From: Candidatus Micrarchaeota archaeon | GTDB taxonomy: Archaea; Micrarchaeota; Micrarchaeia; Micrarchaeales; CABMGC01 | Assembly (NCBI GenBank): GCA_021828295.1 | Contig: JAKASF010000003.1 | Span: 1 to 60,094, forward strand | Reading direction: 5' to 3' | DNA length: 60,094 nucleotides | Shown here: positions 59,160 to 60,094 of the stretch, piece by piece | How the letters are laid out: every line of letters begins with the position of its first letter | How positions within the stretch are numbered: the stretch's first letter is position 1 | The notes under the pieces: model-generated | The model's database searches: none | What the model saw: only the letters and a program-made list of their open reading frames with translations | Told to the model about the DNA's origin: nothing | Translations under genes and position numbers: made by a program

Positions 59160-59900
59160 CTATGCGTTCAATACATATTCTACATTACTGTAATCCTTGC
59201 TATATTGATATACGCCAAGAATATTTGCAATAAAATAAGCCATGGGCCACATAATTAAATTAAAGAGCCTCTTTTCCTCACCTGCATTATACAAATACAT
59301 AAAAGACGGTAAAGCCCGACTTCTTTGCGAGTCTACTAAATTTTTAAATTTTCTTAGATACAATTTTAGGCCAGTGGCATACGCGCGTTCATTTCCTCTA
59401 TTTGCATTAGTTAAATACTCTCCCGCCTTATTCGCGAAGTTCTTAATCGCATAGACTTTTATTCCTGCTGATTTAGCCCGTGCTAGCCTTTCCCAGATTT
59501 CTCCATTATTTAAATCACGCCAGAAAAGCTTTCTATTTAAACCGGCTTTACTTACTCCTGACAGCACATTTATCCCATCAACATCGCTATTTGCTTTGAC
59601 ATAGCTAACAAATTTTTTAGTATAAACTGTGTCAAGATCTATGTACAAGACAGTGTCTGATTCTTTAGGTTTACCTAATTTGAAAAGCAGCTTCAATGCT
59701 AAGTCACGGCCCCTGCCTCGCGTACATTTTTTCCTTATAACAATTCCCTTTTTGATAGATTCTTGGAGAATTTCGTAACTTCTATCTGTCGAGTAATTAT
59801 CGACTACAAATAACATGTAAGGTTGGAGTCCTTCGATAGAATTTAGGCAGGAGTTTATTATGGGCGCATTGTTGTAACACGTTGCATAAATATATCTCAT
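59160..59900 (-). CDS. family 2 glycosyltransferase
   Basis: 246 aa. ATCYNNAPIINSCLNSI, FVVDNYSTDRS and YIDLDTV (DxD). AT-rich coding sequence. Confidence 0.7.
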   Translation of the reverse strand: MRYIYATCYNNAPIINSCLNSIEGLQPYMLFVVDNYSTDRSYEILQESIKKGIVIRKKCTRGRGRDLALKLLFKLGKPKESDTVLYIDLDTVYTKKFVSYVKANSDVDGINVLSGVSKAGLNRKLFWRDLNNGEIWERLARAKSAGIKVYAIKNFANKAGEYLTNANRGNERAYATGLKLYLRKFKNLVDSQRSRALPSFMYLYNAGEEKRLFNLIMWPMAYFIANILGVYQYSKDYSNVEYVLNA

Positions 59901-59928
59901 TTAATGGCCTTGGGTGGTAGGTTGTTCA

Positions 59929-60094
59929 CTATGGCAACGCGTTCGGACCATCGCCATTTTGTTTGAGTAGCTTGAGCGTATTGTCTAGGCCAATTCTCAT
60001 TCCCTCATAGCTTAACAGGTTTTTGGCCGCTTCGCCATCACACCAGCGAAAAACATCATGTTCCTCCGAAATTGCTATTTTGGCATCAGATGGA
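59929..60094 (-). CDS. partial CDS (C-terminal 54 codons; the start lies beyond the window end)
   Basis: Open frame to TAG at 59931..59929: ...PSDAKIAISEEHDVFRWCDGEAAKNLLSYEGMRIGLDNTLKLLKQNGDGPNALP. Family not recognised. Confidence 0.35.
   Translation of the reverse strand, partial: PSDAKIAISEEHDVFRWCDGEAAKNLLSYEGMRIGLDNTLKLLKQNGDGPNALP

Noticed and set aside
58917-59258. 113-aa plus-strand ORF
   Set aside because: Hydrophobic and low-complexity, with no SD, and it overlaps the 3' end of the GT2 gene on the opposite strand.

Overview
Archaeal chromosomal window. By eye it is about 55% GC, and visibly more AT-rich from about 54.1 kb to the end. The gene content indicates a small-genome archaeon, plausibly DPANN/Micrarchaeota-like or Thermoplasmata-related (lineage is inference only). 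It includes eS4, eL32, eL19, RNase P Rpp29, aEF-1alpha, Spt5, P0/P1, deoxyhypusine synthase, mevalonate-pathway genes, class III (type IV pilin-like) signal peptides of the QSAxEYLxTYxWA type, intron-bearing tRNAs and an isolated 5S rRNA.

Core content:
- A tightly coupled r-protein string, Rpp29-S17-L14-L24-S4e-L5-S14-S8-L6-L32e-L19e-L18-S5, followed directly by a 5S rRNA.
- Spt5-L11 and L1-P0-P1 as two separated blocks.
- EF-1alpha-S10.
- Bacterial-type MetK and deoxyhypusine synthase.
- An MVK / MVD-family / IPK mevalonate cluster, plus GGPP synthase elsewhere.
- ScpA-ScpB, a P5C dehydrogenase, a PduO-type adenosyltransferase and an ABC-2 exporter pair.
- Four tRNAs: Leu-UAA with an unusual D-arm insertion, Thr-GGU, Val-CAC, and Ser-UGA with a canonical 38-nt intron.

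Accessory content:
- A 1.28-kb AbiEi/AbiEii cassette bracketed by 93-bp direct repeats that duplicate the 3' end of a ferredoxin gene.
- A roughly 3.8-kb AT-richer segment bracketed by 67-nt imperfect direct repeats, carrying a GNAT, a tandem Lrp/AsnC-like protein, a RAM-domain ORF and Doc.
- A VapBC pair.
- Several large pilin-like or LamG surface proteins.
- Two DUF4382-like paralogues, one of them fused to a wHTH.
- A bacterial-looking ArsR-SRPBCC-DUF1801-DUF4287 string.

Best candidate for an undescribed system: a three-gene operon with no recognisable domains (45896..47497, minus strand). It is transcribed divergently from an NrtR-like Nudix/wHTH regulator, and a perfect 21-bp palindrome lies between the two promoters.

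Limits: all calls rest on reading the ORF track and the sequence by eye. No searches or folding programs were run. Many long ORFs in the track are antisense shadow ORFs of a GC-rich genome and were discarded.
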